Origin: Candidatus Saccharimonadota bacterium
GTDB taxonomy: Bacteria > Patescibacteriota > Saccharimonadia > Saccharimonadales > OFTM59
Reading direction: 5' to 3'
NCBI GenBank assembly: GCA_029260875.1
Contig: JAJDCL010000011.1
Span: 62,401 to 126,400, forward strand
DNA length: 64,000 nucleotides
Each line of letters begins with the position of its first letter. Positions within the stretch are counted from its first letter, which is position 1. The notes beneath the pieces are model-generated. The model worked only from the letters and a program-made list of their open reading frames with translations, did not search any database and was not told the DNA's origin. The translations under genes and the position numbers were made by a program. This document shows positions 1-8,313 of this stretch, piece by piece.

Positions 1-2
1 AA

Positions 3-338
3 CTGGAACATTACGAGCAACTTATAAAGGTCGCAAACCATAACATTCAAGCTAATACTAAGGAGTTAGAGCGTCTTAAAGTCAGCTTGCCAACCGAGCA
101 AGAGTTCTACGAACTTACTAATTCGTATCTGTCAGACCTACTAAACACGACTGATTTAATGGAACAGGACGCAATATGCAACGAGCTAGTGTTGAACCTA
201 CGAGCGAGCAACGATTCCGTATCTGTTATAAAACTAAATCCACCATACAATTTGCTGGTGGATTTAGCTGAAATATCTACTGGTCGGGGTGAAAGGACTC
301 GAACCTTCGACCTCCGCGTCCCAAACGCGGCGCGCTAG
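3..338 (+). CDS. 3'-terminal part of an ORF that enters from the left edge of the window; product unknown
   Basis: The frame starting at nt 3 is open to the stop at 336-338. The ORF track only shows the Met-initiated 87..338 fragment. The tail overlaps the tRNA-Pro on the opposite strand, so the true stop or extent is uncertain. Confidence 0.25.
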   Translation: MEHYEQLIKVANHNIQANTKELERLKVSLPTEQEFYELTNSYLSDLLNTTDLMEQDAICNELVLNLRASNDSVSVIKLNPPYNLLVDLAEISTGRGERTRTFDLRVPNAAR

Positions 339-357
339 CCAACTGCGCCACACCCCG
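281..357 (-). tRNA. tRNA-Pro (anticodon TGG)
   Basis: The reverse complement reads CGGGGTG-TG-GCGC-AGTTGGCTA-GCGC-G-CCGCG-TTTGGGA-CGCGG-AGGTC-GAAGG-TTCGAGT-CCTTT-CACCCCG-A-CCA. This is a full cloverleaf with a 7 bp acceptor stem, GTTCGAGT T-loop, anticodon loop TTTGGGA and an encoded CCA. Confidence 0.9.
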
Positions 358-416
358 ATAATCTAAGTTAAGTTACGAGGGGGATTATAGCGGATAACAG
401 AGAAGAATGCTAGAAG

Positions 417-1454
417 TTACGGAATCCAGCGCTGGTTAAGCCCACCATGGCAATCCCAGACAATAATTTGCGTTCCATTAGCCGTCCCTGGGCCAGCAGC
501 GTCAAGACAACGGCCACTAGCGTGTGAAGCTAAAAGCGTACCAGTACTACCATTGCTGCCTCCCCATTTCTGATTTGCCCCACCGTGGCAATCATAAATC
601 TCAACTGGCGACATATTACGCCCGCCAAATGCGGCGTCTACGTCTAAACACTTACCGCTATGAACGGATCGTAGTGTGCCATCGCTGGCTATCCATTGCT
701 GATTTGTTCCGCCGTGGCAATCCCATAAGATGACCTGGGTGCCGTTTGCGGTGCCCCAGCCCGAAACGTCAAGACAACGATTGCCCGCACCAGCTGTTCT
801 TATACGAAACCCCTGGGAAGATGAAGCGCTACTACCTGGGTTACTCGCCCCGTTGTTGCCATTATTTCCTGTGCCGTTGGCCCCGTTAGCTCCACTACAA
901 CCGCTGCCAGTGCAGCTGCCACTTCCACCTGCCCCACCAGCCCCACCGTTGCTAGCCTGTTGCCCCGCTTGGCCAGCACTACCACCAGGGTTGCTTGTTC
1001 CGCCAGTAGAATTATTACCGGTACTGCCTGTATTATTACTAGAAGATGCTTCGGACGCTTTTAGTGCTTTCAGTGCCACCTTGTGGCGATCTTTCATGGC
1101 GTCTTCTTCGGCCTCGTTGTTGTCTTTTAGCAATTTGAGCTCATCTTCACAAACATCCTCTTGCTTGCCTGACATAGCGTCACATTGGTCGTCCTTGAGG
1201 TCTTCAACTGCTTTATGTTTATCTTTGAGCGCCCTTAGCTCAAGCTTTTGAGCAGCTTTTAGACTGCTTACGCCCGGACTCTGAGCTAAAGAGGTTACGA
1301 TGAATAGGGCTGAGGCAACACTAAACGCAATGACAAATAGCCATTTCTGCTTGCGTCGCTGATTTGTAGCAATTTTCTTAGTGCGTAAAGAACCTGAGCG
1401 AGTGTTTGATCTGGTGTTTCGTTTTGCAGATGTTTTTTTAGCAGTTTTTGCCAT
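417..1454 (-). CDS. N-anchored surface protein with a basic tail, TM helix, cysteine-containing coiled coil, Gly/Ser/Asn-rich spacer and a C-terminal ricin-B (beta-trefoil, QxW) lectin domain
   Basis: The N-terminus is MAKTAKKTSAKRNTRSNTRS...KQKWLFVIAFSVASALFIV (basic tail plus one TM). The C-terminus has three repeats with a CxD...G..QxW pattern (TNQQWIASDGTL, ANQKWGG, LNQRWIP), typical of ricin-B lectins. Confidence 0.7.
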   Translation of the reverse strand: MAKTAKKTSAKRNTRSNTRSGSLRTKKIATNQRRKQKWLFVIAFSVASALFIVTSLAQSPGVSSLKAAQKLELRALKDKHKAVEDLKDDQCDAMSGKQEDVCEDELKLLKDNNEAEEDAMKDRHKVALKALKASEASSSNNTGSTGNNSTGGTSNPGGSAGQAGQQASNGGAGGAGGSGSCTGSGCSGANGANGTGNNGNNGASNPGSSASSSQGFRIRTAGAGNRCLDVSGWGTANGTQVILWDCHGGTNQQWIASDGTLRSVHSGKCLDVDAAFGGRNMSPVEIYDCHGGANQKWGGSNGSTGTLLASHASGRCLDAAGPGTANGTQIIVWDCHGGLNQRWIP

Positions 1455-1564
1455 AAGAGCACTTCCTTAGGTAATTGTTAATACTTATGGGGTAATAATA
1501 CCATAACAACACTTATGCCTATAGCCCAATCACAATAATTACTAGATAGTAACAAGGGTGTCTC

Positions 1565-2623
1565 CTAGTAACCAGTAGCTCTGAGCGCTAAAATTTGTAG
1601 GTCCCGCGCTTCATCTGCAAGTTGGCAAACTGTATCTGACCCACGGCTCACATGAACGCCTGTAGCCTGTTCAAACATAATCATACGATCAGCTTCATTA
1701 GGGTTGCCGCTGTCAAAGGCTGCCATTAGTGGCGCAACAACCACACCTTTAGGGCCAGCAATAAATTTGCCACTTTGATACGTGCCGCACACTTCAGCCT
1801 GAGCCGTGGGGATCTTAGCCAAAGCGCTTGGTTGGTTAGTATCAAAAAGGCTCAGGCCACCCCCCATCCACTCACCGTACACAGGGTTGCCGTCAGAACC
1901 GTTGCCCATAAATATATTATCTCCAGGCGACGGGGAATTAGAGGCTACAAAAACGGATTTGCTTTTTATAAACTCAGTATCTGATCCCTCTACTAGACTC
2001 AGCACGGCTAGGTCTGTATCTTCATTTTGACGTATGGACACAGCAATTTTGTTAATCATGATTGCGCGTGTACCAGGAGCTGACACTGCATATTCAAATT
2101 TGTCTGGTAGGTCTTGGGCAATGTCGGCTACATCATTATTGCCAGCTTGTCTTAAACGGTCACGTATAGGCTGTGTTACTCGATTAACTCCTGTTTGCTT
2201 ATCCGTATACGGTTCAGAATCAAATGTATGAGCTGAGGTACCAATAACATACATGTCACCAACCTTATCGTCACTAACTCGTAAGGCTGCACCCTTACCG
2301 ATGTTCTGCCAAACCTTTGCCCCTTTTGACCGAGCCAGCACATCCACTGTAGCACTGGTTAAGTTGTCTCTAATCTCTTGAGAGACCTCGACCGCTTCAG
2401 AAGCAGATTCATGCATATTCTCATGAATAGTCTCTTGCCGTGCTGGTACATCCGCCACAACACTAGGCTTTAAAGCAAAAGCCAAGACTCCTACAGCCGC
2501 CAGAGCAAGCACGTTACGACTAACCCTACTTGTTAAACGTCTGTACTCGGGCCTTTCTATTGAGTGCCTAGGTTTATGTTTTTTATCTTGGTTTTCATCG
2601 GAAATACCGATTCTTCCATCCAT
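1565..2623 (-). CDS. N-anchored hypothetical exported protein, possibly a degenerate trypsin-like fold
   Basis: The N-terminus has a basic tail and a TM (NVLALAAVGVLAFAL). GTSAHTF, DLAVLSL and GNGSDGNPVY loosely resemble the His, Asp and GDSGGP segments of chymotrypsin-family proteases, but with a non-canonical Ser region. Confidence 0.35.
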   Translation of the reverse strand: MDGRIGISDENQDKKHKPRHSIERPEYRRLTSRVSRNVLALAAVGVLAFALKPSVVADVPARQETIHENMHESASEAVEVSQEIRDNLTSATVDVLARSKGAKVWQNIGKGAALRVSDDKVGDMYVIGTSAHTFDSEPYTDKQTGVNRVTQPIRDRLRQAGNNDVADIAQDLPDKFEYAVSAPGTRAIMINKIAVSIRQNEDTDLAVLSLVEGSDTEFIKSKSVFVASNSPSPGDNIFMGNGSDGNPVYGEWMGGGLSLFDTNQPSALAKIPTAQAEVCGTYQSGKFIAGPKGVVVAPLMAAFDSGNPNEADRMIMFEQATGVHVSRGSDTVCQLADEARDLQILALRATGY

Positions 2624-2678
2624 ATAGATATATTAGCATAAGCTTTACTAAAAGTCAAGATTAGAATATGTAGTTGGT

Positions 2679-4412
2679 TTACCATGTGCCCCAGCGCTGG
2701 TTGCTGGCACCTTTGAAGCAGTCCCAGATCTGTAAGTCTGTCCCGTTTGCAGTGTCATTATCCTTTACATCCAGGCATTTACCTGTAGCGCTTGAACGGA
2801 TAGTGCCATCACTATTCCATTGCCAGCGTTGGTGAGAACCACCATTACACGTGTAGATTTGCACATCTGAGCCGTTCCTGGTTTTGCCCCCTTCCACTTC
2901 AAGACATAGTCCACTAGCAGCAAGTCGGATCGTGCCATCAGTTGCCAAGCCCCACTTTTGATTGGAGTTACCTGTGCAGTCCCAGATCTGAGTATCTTTA
3001 CCTCTAGTTGTTCCGTCGGCGTCCATACAGCGACCACTGGCGTGACTTCTTATTACATATTGTGCAACTGCGGGAGGTTTATCGGTAGACGAAGAGGCCT
3101 TGGTTGTCGTAGTTTTTCCGTCAGGAGTAGTTGTGGTGCAAGTGCCATTCTTGCAAGATGTTTTGGTAGAGCCACTGTAGCTGGTGCCTTGGGACTGGCC
3201 CCCTATAGAAACCCCGCCCTGTGAACCCTTAGAGCCTTGTGAGCCACTCGTGCCAGATGTGCCTGAAGCACCCTGTGAGCCAGGAGCCCCAGGTGAACCG
3301 GGCGAGCCTTGAGTAGCTTTACCGGGGTTGCTAGCACCAGGCTGGCCAGGATTGCTCGCGCCAGGCTGACCGGCCTGACAGCCACCAACACAATTACTAG
3401 ATCCAGACTGACCGGGAAGTCCAGGTTGAGGAGCAGGTATCGGACGGCCAGCACCGATTATATCTTCCAGGGCACCGCCACCGCCAGCTTCCTCTAGGTC
3501 TACAATCTTATTGAACTCTGCCCACGTTGCGGCGCCCACTTTACCGTCACAGGTCCACCATGTTGTGGGCGCTCCCAATACGCATTTAGACCCGGGAACG
3601 CTGCGGTTATACTGCATAAATCGCACAAGATCGGCAGTCCGGCCATCATATATGCCCGTTTGAGGGACATTTTCAAGACCCATAACATTCTTTAAGAAGC
3701 CTTGTAGCACCTTGACGCACGGGTGGCTTGATCTATGATCAAGCGTCACTCTGCTGCATGTAGTCATGTTCCAGCTAGTTGGAGCGCTACTTGAGAGGGT
3801 CTGTGAGGGAGCACCAGAACCACTGCCCCCGACCGGTGTACAGGATGAATAGGAGCGTCCGGGATTTATGGGTGCACCGTTTTTTCGTATCTCAAAATGT
3901 AAATGGGCAGGCCCAGCTCCAGTTTCACCAGAATATGCAATTAGTTCCCCTTCGGAAACAGACCCAGTTTTTGCAATGCTACTTAGGTGCGCAAAACGAA
4001 ATGTATAGTTTCCAGATGTCAGGTCTGCCGATATACCATAACCTCCGTCCGGGCCCCTGCTAACAGTACCACTCCTGGGGGCGAAAATAGGCGTGCCGAC
4101 TGTAACGCCCGCACTGTTCGCGCCAAAATCAACACCTGCATGTTTACGACCATTGGGTCGGCCAGCTCCAAAACCGCCACCGTTATAATCTGTATTATTG
4201 CTATGTGCGGGCTTACCTTTTAACGGACATGTCATTGCAACTGTTTCTGCACGGCTAACATAAACCGTGGCAACACCAATAACAGCAAACAAGGTTATAT
4301 AAGCCAGCTTACGGATTCCTAAGGGCAATCCTTTCAGCATCAATAGACCCATAATTGATTGTCTGCTAGTTGAACGACTAATGGTTGTTTTGCGCTTGAT
4401 TTTGGGAGACAT
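2679..4412 (-). CDS. N-anchored M23/LytM-family metallo-endopeptidase fused to a collagen-like Gly/Pro/Ser spacer and a C-terminal ricin-B lectin domain
   Basis: The M23 signature is HAGVDFGA...G.PI.A...G.V...............HLHFEI. The middle has GQPGASNPGQPGASNPG collagen-like repeats. The C-terminus has repeated QxW beta-trefoil motifs (NQKWGL, HQRWQW, NQRWGTW). Confidence 0.8.
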   Translation of the reverse strand: MSPKIKRKTTISRSTSRQSIMGLLMLKGLPLGIRKLAYITLFAVIGVATVYVSRAETVAMTCPLKGKPAHSNNTDYNGGGFGAGRPNGRKHAGVDFGANSAGVTVGTPIFAPRSGTVSRGPDGGYGISADLTSGNYTFRFAHLSSIAKTGSVSEGELIAYSGETGAGPAHLHFEIRKNGAPINPGRSYSSCTPVGGSGSGAPSQTLSSSAPTSWNMTTCSRVTLDHRSSHPCVKVLQGFLKNVMGLENVPQTGIYDGRTADLVRFMQYNRSVPGSKCVLGAPTTWWTCDGKVGAATWAEFNKIVDLEEAGGGGALEDIIGAGRPIPAPQPGLPGQSGSSNCVGGCQAGQPGASNPGQPGASNPGKATQGSPGSPGAPGSQGASGTSGTSGSQGSKGSQGGVSIGGQSQGTSYSGSTKTSCKNGTCTTTTPDGKTTTTKASSSTDKPPAVAQYVIRSHASGRCMDADGTTRGKDTQIWDCTGNSNQKWGLATDGTIRLAASGLCLEVEGGKTRNGSDVQIYTCNGGSHQRWQWNSDGTIRSSATGKCLDVKDNDTANGTDLQIWDCFKGASNQRWGTW

Positions 4413-4450
4413 CTGATTTATCCAGTTTATGTTAATACTTTATATATGTG

Positions 4451-5083
4451 TTATTCCGGGATGCTGACTGGAATGTCAGTAGACTGTTCGCCTGCGTCGC
4501 TTGGCACTGCATCCTCTTCGTTTGCTTCATTATTTTCTTCTGGAGCGTCGGTTGGACCCTGGTTGTCAGTATCATTCTGATTGGTTTCACTTTCAAACAC
4601 AGGAGTCTTAGGTACAGGTAAGCACGGGGCACCCCTTATGCTTCCTAGTGGTTTCCAGCAACTTTCTGAGTCTTTCCATGGTTTGCTGCCGACTTTTTGA
4701 TTATTCCAGTCTGCAATAAACTTATCGTCCTGTATATTACTTGGTGCTAGACGGGCTTCACTGAAACCTCCATAATTGTTCCAGTCTTTATCATTATAGT
4801 CATATGCTCCGCCTGGTCTTTCATAACTGTGCTCGCCCCAAACGCCGTCACCACTTTCACATGCTCTTACTCTTCCAATCCAGTAACCGGCATTCCCCCA
4901 GTAACCTGGCTTGGATGCGGCAAAGGTTGTGAAAACAAGGTAACTACCAAGCATTGCGAAACCAAGTACAAAGAATAATGTTAACTGCTGTTGACGCAAT
5001 TTCTTACCTGTTAGCCAGTTTTTTACAGCACCTTTTTGACTATTTGTATTACGCATCTGGCGAGATTTTTGTGTCTTTTTCAT
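4451..5083 (-). CDS. N-anchored protein with an Rpf/transglycosylase-like (CESG) motif
   Basis: The internal Met start MKKTQKSRQ at 5083 is preceded by aggaa and avoids overlap with the upstream gene. The protein has a basic tail plus TM. RACESGDGVWGEHSYERPGGAYDYNDKDWNNYGG resembles the CESGGNW...YGG core of resuscitation-promoting-factor lysozyme-like domains. Confidence 0.4.
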   Translation of the reverse strand: MKKTQKSRQMRNTNSQKGAVKNWLTGKKLRQQQLTLFFVLGFAMLGSYLVFTTFAASKPGYWGNAGYWIGRVRACESGDGVWGEHSYERPGGAYDYNDKDWNNYGGFSEARLAPSNIQDDKFIADWNNQKVGSKPWKDSESCWKPLGSIRGAPCLPVPKTPVFESETNQNDTDNQGPTDAPEENNEANEEDAVPSDAGEQSTDIPVSIPE

Positions 5084-5096
5084 AAATGTTCCTGTT

Positions 5097-5744
5097 CTAG
5101 GTATCTCTCTCGTAGATACAGGTTTTAAGAAGCTCGCTACTGTTGTTAATGTCGAAGTGCTCACCGTAAGTTTCTCCGAAATCTTCATCATCCATGACGG
5201 CGGGATCACGCGTAATCGGAGTAGTAGAAGCTGGTTGAGCAATTTCAGAATCCTGATCGTTATTGCTGGCGCCTGTATTATCTGGTGATAATGCAGTTTT
5301 GTTAGCTACAGCTTGCCGATCACCTTCTGGAAGACTGGCTATGAATTGCTCTTCTGCGCTTCCAAAAATTGTTGCGTCCGGTAACGACTTACGAGCATCT
5401 GAATCTGGAACGGGCAAAAGCACTGGTTGCACCCATTCAGGGCTGCTTTTTCCCCTGCCTACAATAAAATTTAGGCGGTTGAATGTATCGCTGGCCCTTA
5501 AGCCAAAACGCTCACGAAGGCTTTCTCCCCTTGAATCAAGCGCCGAGCGACTGTCCGAGTTGGCGCCATAGTTGCTGGGAGCAAAGAATGTCATGACCAT
5601 ATAAATCCCTACGAGGCCCACAACAACCACCAACACGGAAGATAGTTGATATTTGCGGGAATGCCTAAGACGTCTGATGAGGTTTTCAGAAACGCTATAC
5701 TGTTGTTTTGACATCTTTTTCCTGGTAGTTTTTTTCATATTCAC
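5097..5744 (-). CDS. N-anchored hypothetical protein (basic tail plus TM, acidic C-terminus)
   Basis: The N-terminus is MNMKKTTRKKMSKQQ...LSSVLVVVVGLVGIYMVMTFF. It has the same anchoring architecture as its neighbours. Confidence 0.5.
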   Translation of the reverse strand: MNMKKTTRKKMSKQQYSVSENLIRRLRHSRKYQLSSVLVVVVGLVGIYMVMTFFAPSNYGANSDSRSALDSRGESLRERFGLRASDTFNRLNFIVGRGKSSPEWVQPVLLPVPDSDARKSLPDATIFGSAEEQFIASLPEGDRQAVANKTALSPDNTGASNNDQDSEIAQPASTTPITRDPAVMDDEDFGETYGEHFDINNSSELLKTCIYERDT

Positions 5745-5834
5745 AAACTGTTCCTGTGTCAGCTTGTTATTTTGGCCTGGTTTCAGTTATAGGCGCTTAT
5801 GCTTCGGGTGTCAAGACCCAGAAGATATCAGACA

Positions 5835-6302
5835 TCAACGACTCACTGAGCCACTTGGCGCGCTTGGGGCGCTTGGGGCACTAGATTGGCCTGTAGTACC
5901 GGGAGAGCTTGGAGCCCCGGGAGAGCCCGGTGTCCCTGGCGAACTAGTACCCGGGGTGCCGCTACCAGGCGTACCGGGGGTGCCCGTGCCATTGCTACCA
6001 GAGGTGCCGTTACAACCGCTGCCCGTACAGCTACCACTACCACCCGCACCGCCTGAACCGCCGTTAGTGCCTGGTTGCCCAGGGGCACCATTACTACCGC
6101 CACTAGTAGGGGCAGGTGGGCACAAACTGGCTGCCAGTACGCTAACCACAAAATACAAACCGATTAATGCAAAAGCTGTTACAAAAAGAGCCTTTTTGGG
6201 CGATTTTTTAAGACTTGCAGTAAAACGCGACAGATTCTTGCTTGACCCTGCGGTGGTTTTACGACGATTTGACGTGGTCTTCTCTATGCTTTTTTTAGCC
6301 AT
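5835..6302 (-). CDS. N-anchored Gly/Ser/Thr/Pro-rich collagen-like low-complexity surface protein
   Basis: MAKKSIEKTTSNRRKTTAGSSKNLSRF...ALFVTAFALIGLYFVV, followed by GAPGQPGTNGGSGGAGGSGSCTGSGC and an SSAPSAPSAPS tail. It shares the GGAGGSGSCTGSGC block with 417..1454. Confidence 0.55.
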   Translation of the reverse strand: MAKKSIEKTTSNRRKTTAGSSKNLSRFTASLKKSPKKALFVTAFALIGLYFVVSVLAASLCPPAPTSGGSNGAPGQPGTNGGSGGAGGSGSCTGSGCNGTSGSNGTGTPGTPGSGTPGTSSPGTPGSPGAPSSPGTTGQSSAPSAPSAPSGSVSR

Positions 6303-6303
6303 T

Positions 6304-7017
6304 TTATAATCCTGCCCAGCCCGACACCCTAGTGTTTATTGTCTGAATAACAGCCATAATGCCGTTGGTTCGTGGGCATAGAGCATTACCGGAAAAACCG
6401 CTATCGCCACTAACACCACCCGTACCTGACTGACCGCTAGCACCACTTGTGCCACCATTACTTGAGCCCGGGTTACTAGCGCCTGTATTACCGTTAGTCC
6501 CTGTGCCACTGGCGCCGGGGCTACTACTGCAGTTGGCGCCTGAACATGTTCCACTGCTACTTGTACCGTTTGCGCCACTGTTTGATTGACTAGACTGGCC
6601 TGTGCCTGATGAGCCGGCTGAGCCGCTTGTACCGCTAGTGCTAGTGCCAGCATTACCACTACCTGCTTGTCCGTCGGTTCCTGTTCCTGGTTGACCAGGT
6701 TGCCCTGTGCTTGTACCCGTTCCGTCCTGACCATCCTGCCCGTCCTTTACGAGTTGGGTCTGACCAGTGGTTTTATTAATGCCAGCCAAGTTACTGAAAA
6801 AGCCACCAATACGCTCGCGGACGCTCAGACTTTGGTTGCCTTCCGAGCCAGAGGTTAGCGAGCTAACTTCGTTGGCCGATTGATAAGCAGCGACAGACGA
6901 GATGATCAAGTAAATGCCAAGTGCGGCAACAGCAAACATAATGAACGTCGCCTTATTGCTGTTAGAACCTCGACGGTTGACCGAAAGTTTAGGAGAATTC
7001 TTTGATGTTTTTTTCAT
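6304..7017 (-). CDS. N-anchored Gly/Ser/Thr-rich low-complexity surface protein
   Basis: MKKTSKNSPKLSVNRRGSNSNKATFIMFAVAALGIYLIISS, then DGQDGQDGTGTSTGQPGQPGTGTDGQAGSG collagen-like repeats. Confidence 0.55.
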   Translation of the reverse strand: MKKTSKNSPKLSVNRRGSNSNKATFIMFAVAALGIYLIISSVAAYQSANEVSSLTSGSEGNQSLSVRERIGGFFSNLAGINKTTGQTQLVKDGQDGQDGTGTSTGQPGQPGTGTDGQAGSGNAGTSTSGTSGSAGSSGTGQSSQSNSGANGTSSSGTCSGANCSSSPGASGTGTNGNTGASNPGSSNGGTSGASGQSGTGGVSGDSGFSGNALCPRTNGIMAVIQTINTRVSGWAGL

Positions 7018-7134
7018 GTATGACAGAACTATTGATCCCTAAGATTTGTGAGTTTTAATATCACTTGCATTAACTTATATGCGCTTATGTTTATGATGTC
7101 AACGCGATTTGTACTGGACTAATGATCTAAAACC

Positions 7135-7710
7135 TTAACGACAAGAGTTACTACTACCGCCACTGGCGCCGTTACTGCCACTTGCGCCATTGCCACTACT
7201 ACTCGCACCGCCCGCGCCGTTGGTGCCATTACCGCCATTGCCACTACTACCCGCGCTGCCATTAGAGCTGCCGGTTCCGGGTTGACCCGGGGAGCCGTTT
7301 GTAGCTGCAAACGTGCTAGCGCCACACACACCGCTATTTTGCTTGTTTTGCTGCTTAAAGGCATCTTTTGTTCGGTCGTATTCAGCATCGTTTCTGTCTT
7401 TTAATGCATCGGCTTCTGATTTGCAAAGCTTTTTTCGCGTCCTGTCATCTATAGTCTTGCATTGGGCTTTCTTTGCGTCTTCTGCTGCTTCATGACGATC
7501 TTCCATACGTTGAAGCTCGGCCTTTTGGGCACTTGTTAAAGAGGCTGCTTCTGAAGTCATAACCAAAATACTACCAAGCACAGCAAAAAGCAGTACCAAA
7601 ATTAACATGCGCTGCTTGCTGGATAAGGCGCGGATTCTATCCACTAGCCCTTTAGGTTTTTTATCTGATACTCTGTTTTTCCGTGCACTAGCAGATTTTG
7701 ATTTCGCCAT
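7135..7710 (-). CDS. N-anchored coiled-coil and Gly/Ser/Asn-rich surface protein, paralog of 417..1454 lacking the lectin
   Basis: The start MAKSKSASARKN at 7710 follows ttaaggaaaattacgta. The protein has a TM (MLILVLLFAVLGSILVM), a Cys-pair coiled coil (AQKAELQRMEDRHEAAEDAKKAQCKTIDDRTRKKLCKSEADALKDRNDAEYDRTKD) and a G/S/N tail. Confidence 0.55.
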   Translation of the reverse strand: MAKSKSASARKNRVSDKKPKGLVDRIRALSSKQRMLILVLLFAVLGSILVMTSEAASLTSAQKAELQRMEDRHEAAEDAKKAQCKTIDDRTRKKLCKSEADALKDRNDAEYDRTKDAFKQQNKQNSGVCGASTFAATNGSPGQPGTGSSNGSAGSSGNGGNGTNGAGGASSSGNGASGSNGASGGSSNSCR

Positions 7711-7831
7711 TACGTAATTTTCCTTAATTTTTGTTTGGTTCACTTATCGTGTAGACATAAGCTTATTCCGAGTGCACCTACCGTGTCAACCCAATGGCTT
7801 TCATTTTATAACCAGACTAAGTAGATTACTG

Positions 7832-8311
7832 CTAAATTGACTTACAAGTTTTAGTGCCATTTTTTGTCGTGCAAACTGTCCCTGTGGAGGGGGCGCTAGG
7901 GGCTGAGGGGGCGCTGGGGGCGCTGGATTGACCAGGCGCACCAGGAGCTGAATTGCTGCCGTTGCTGCCGTTACTACCAGGGGCCGTTTTCACATCTTCT
8001 CCTCGGCCGTCTGTGCCTGGCTGACCCGTTGAGTCTTTACCTGACGTACCGCTGCAATTATTGCTGCTGCTTACAACGCAAGTATTGTCCGTCCCTGTGG
8101 CACCATCCGCGCCTTTACCGTTTAGCCCTTCAGGTGGGGGGCATAGTGCAAGAGCGCCAATCACTAGTAACGTACCGGCCGCTGCAAAACCCAGAATGAA
8201 TAATGATTTTTTAGGTGAGCGCCTAGCCCATAATCCTACACGCTGCAAACGACTGGTAGGTTTAGTTGTTTTAGGTTTCTTGTAGCTTGTTTTTGTTGGT
8301 CTTTTTGCCAT
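7832..8311 (-). CDS. N-anchored Gly/Ser/Thr-rich surface protein
   Basis: MAKRPTKTSYKKPKTTKPTSRLQRVGLWARRSPKKSLFILGFAAAGTLLVIGALALCPPP. It shares the C-terminal SSAPSAPSAPSAPS block with 5835..6302. Confidence 0.5.
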   Translation of the reverse strand: MAKRPTKTSYKKPKTTKPTSRLQRVGLWARRSPKKSLFILGFAAAGTLLVIGALALCPPPEGLNGKGADGATGTDNTCVVSSSNNCSGTSGKDSTGQPGTDGRGEDVKTAPGSNGSNGSNSAPGAPGQSSAPSAPSAPSAPSTGTVCTTKNGTKTCKSI

Positions 8312-8313
8312 GA

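Noticed and set aside
87-338. The 83 aa ORF from the track as an independent gene
   Set aside because: It is only the Met-initiated tail of a longer frame that is open from the window edge. Its 3' end overlaps the well-formed tRNA-Pro on the opposite strand. It is kept only as a low-confidence partial CDS.
524-1251. Plus-strand ORFs (524..733, 730..1251, 800..985) inside the 417..1454 gene, and similar antisense ORFs at 5653..6309, 5843..6151, 6336..6734, 7119..7388 and 8061..8285
   Set aside because: They are shadow ORFs on the opposite strand of GC-rich Gly/Ser-repeat coding DNA. Their translations are Pro/Ala/Leu low-complexity with no start context. The minus-strand genes have coherent anchor-plus-domain architecture.
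900-8000. Repetitive GC-rich triplet tracts as a possible CRISPR array or non-coding satellite
   Set aside because: There are no regularly spaced identical direct repeats with unique spacers. The repeats are codon-periodic and lie inside long ORFs that encode collagen-like tracts.
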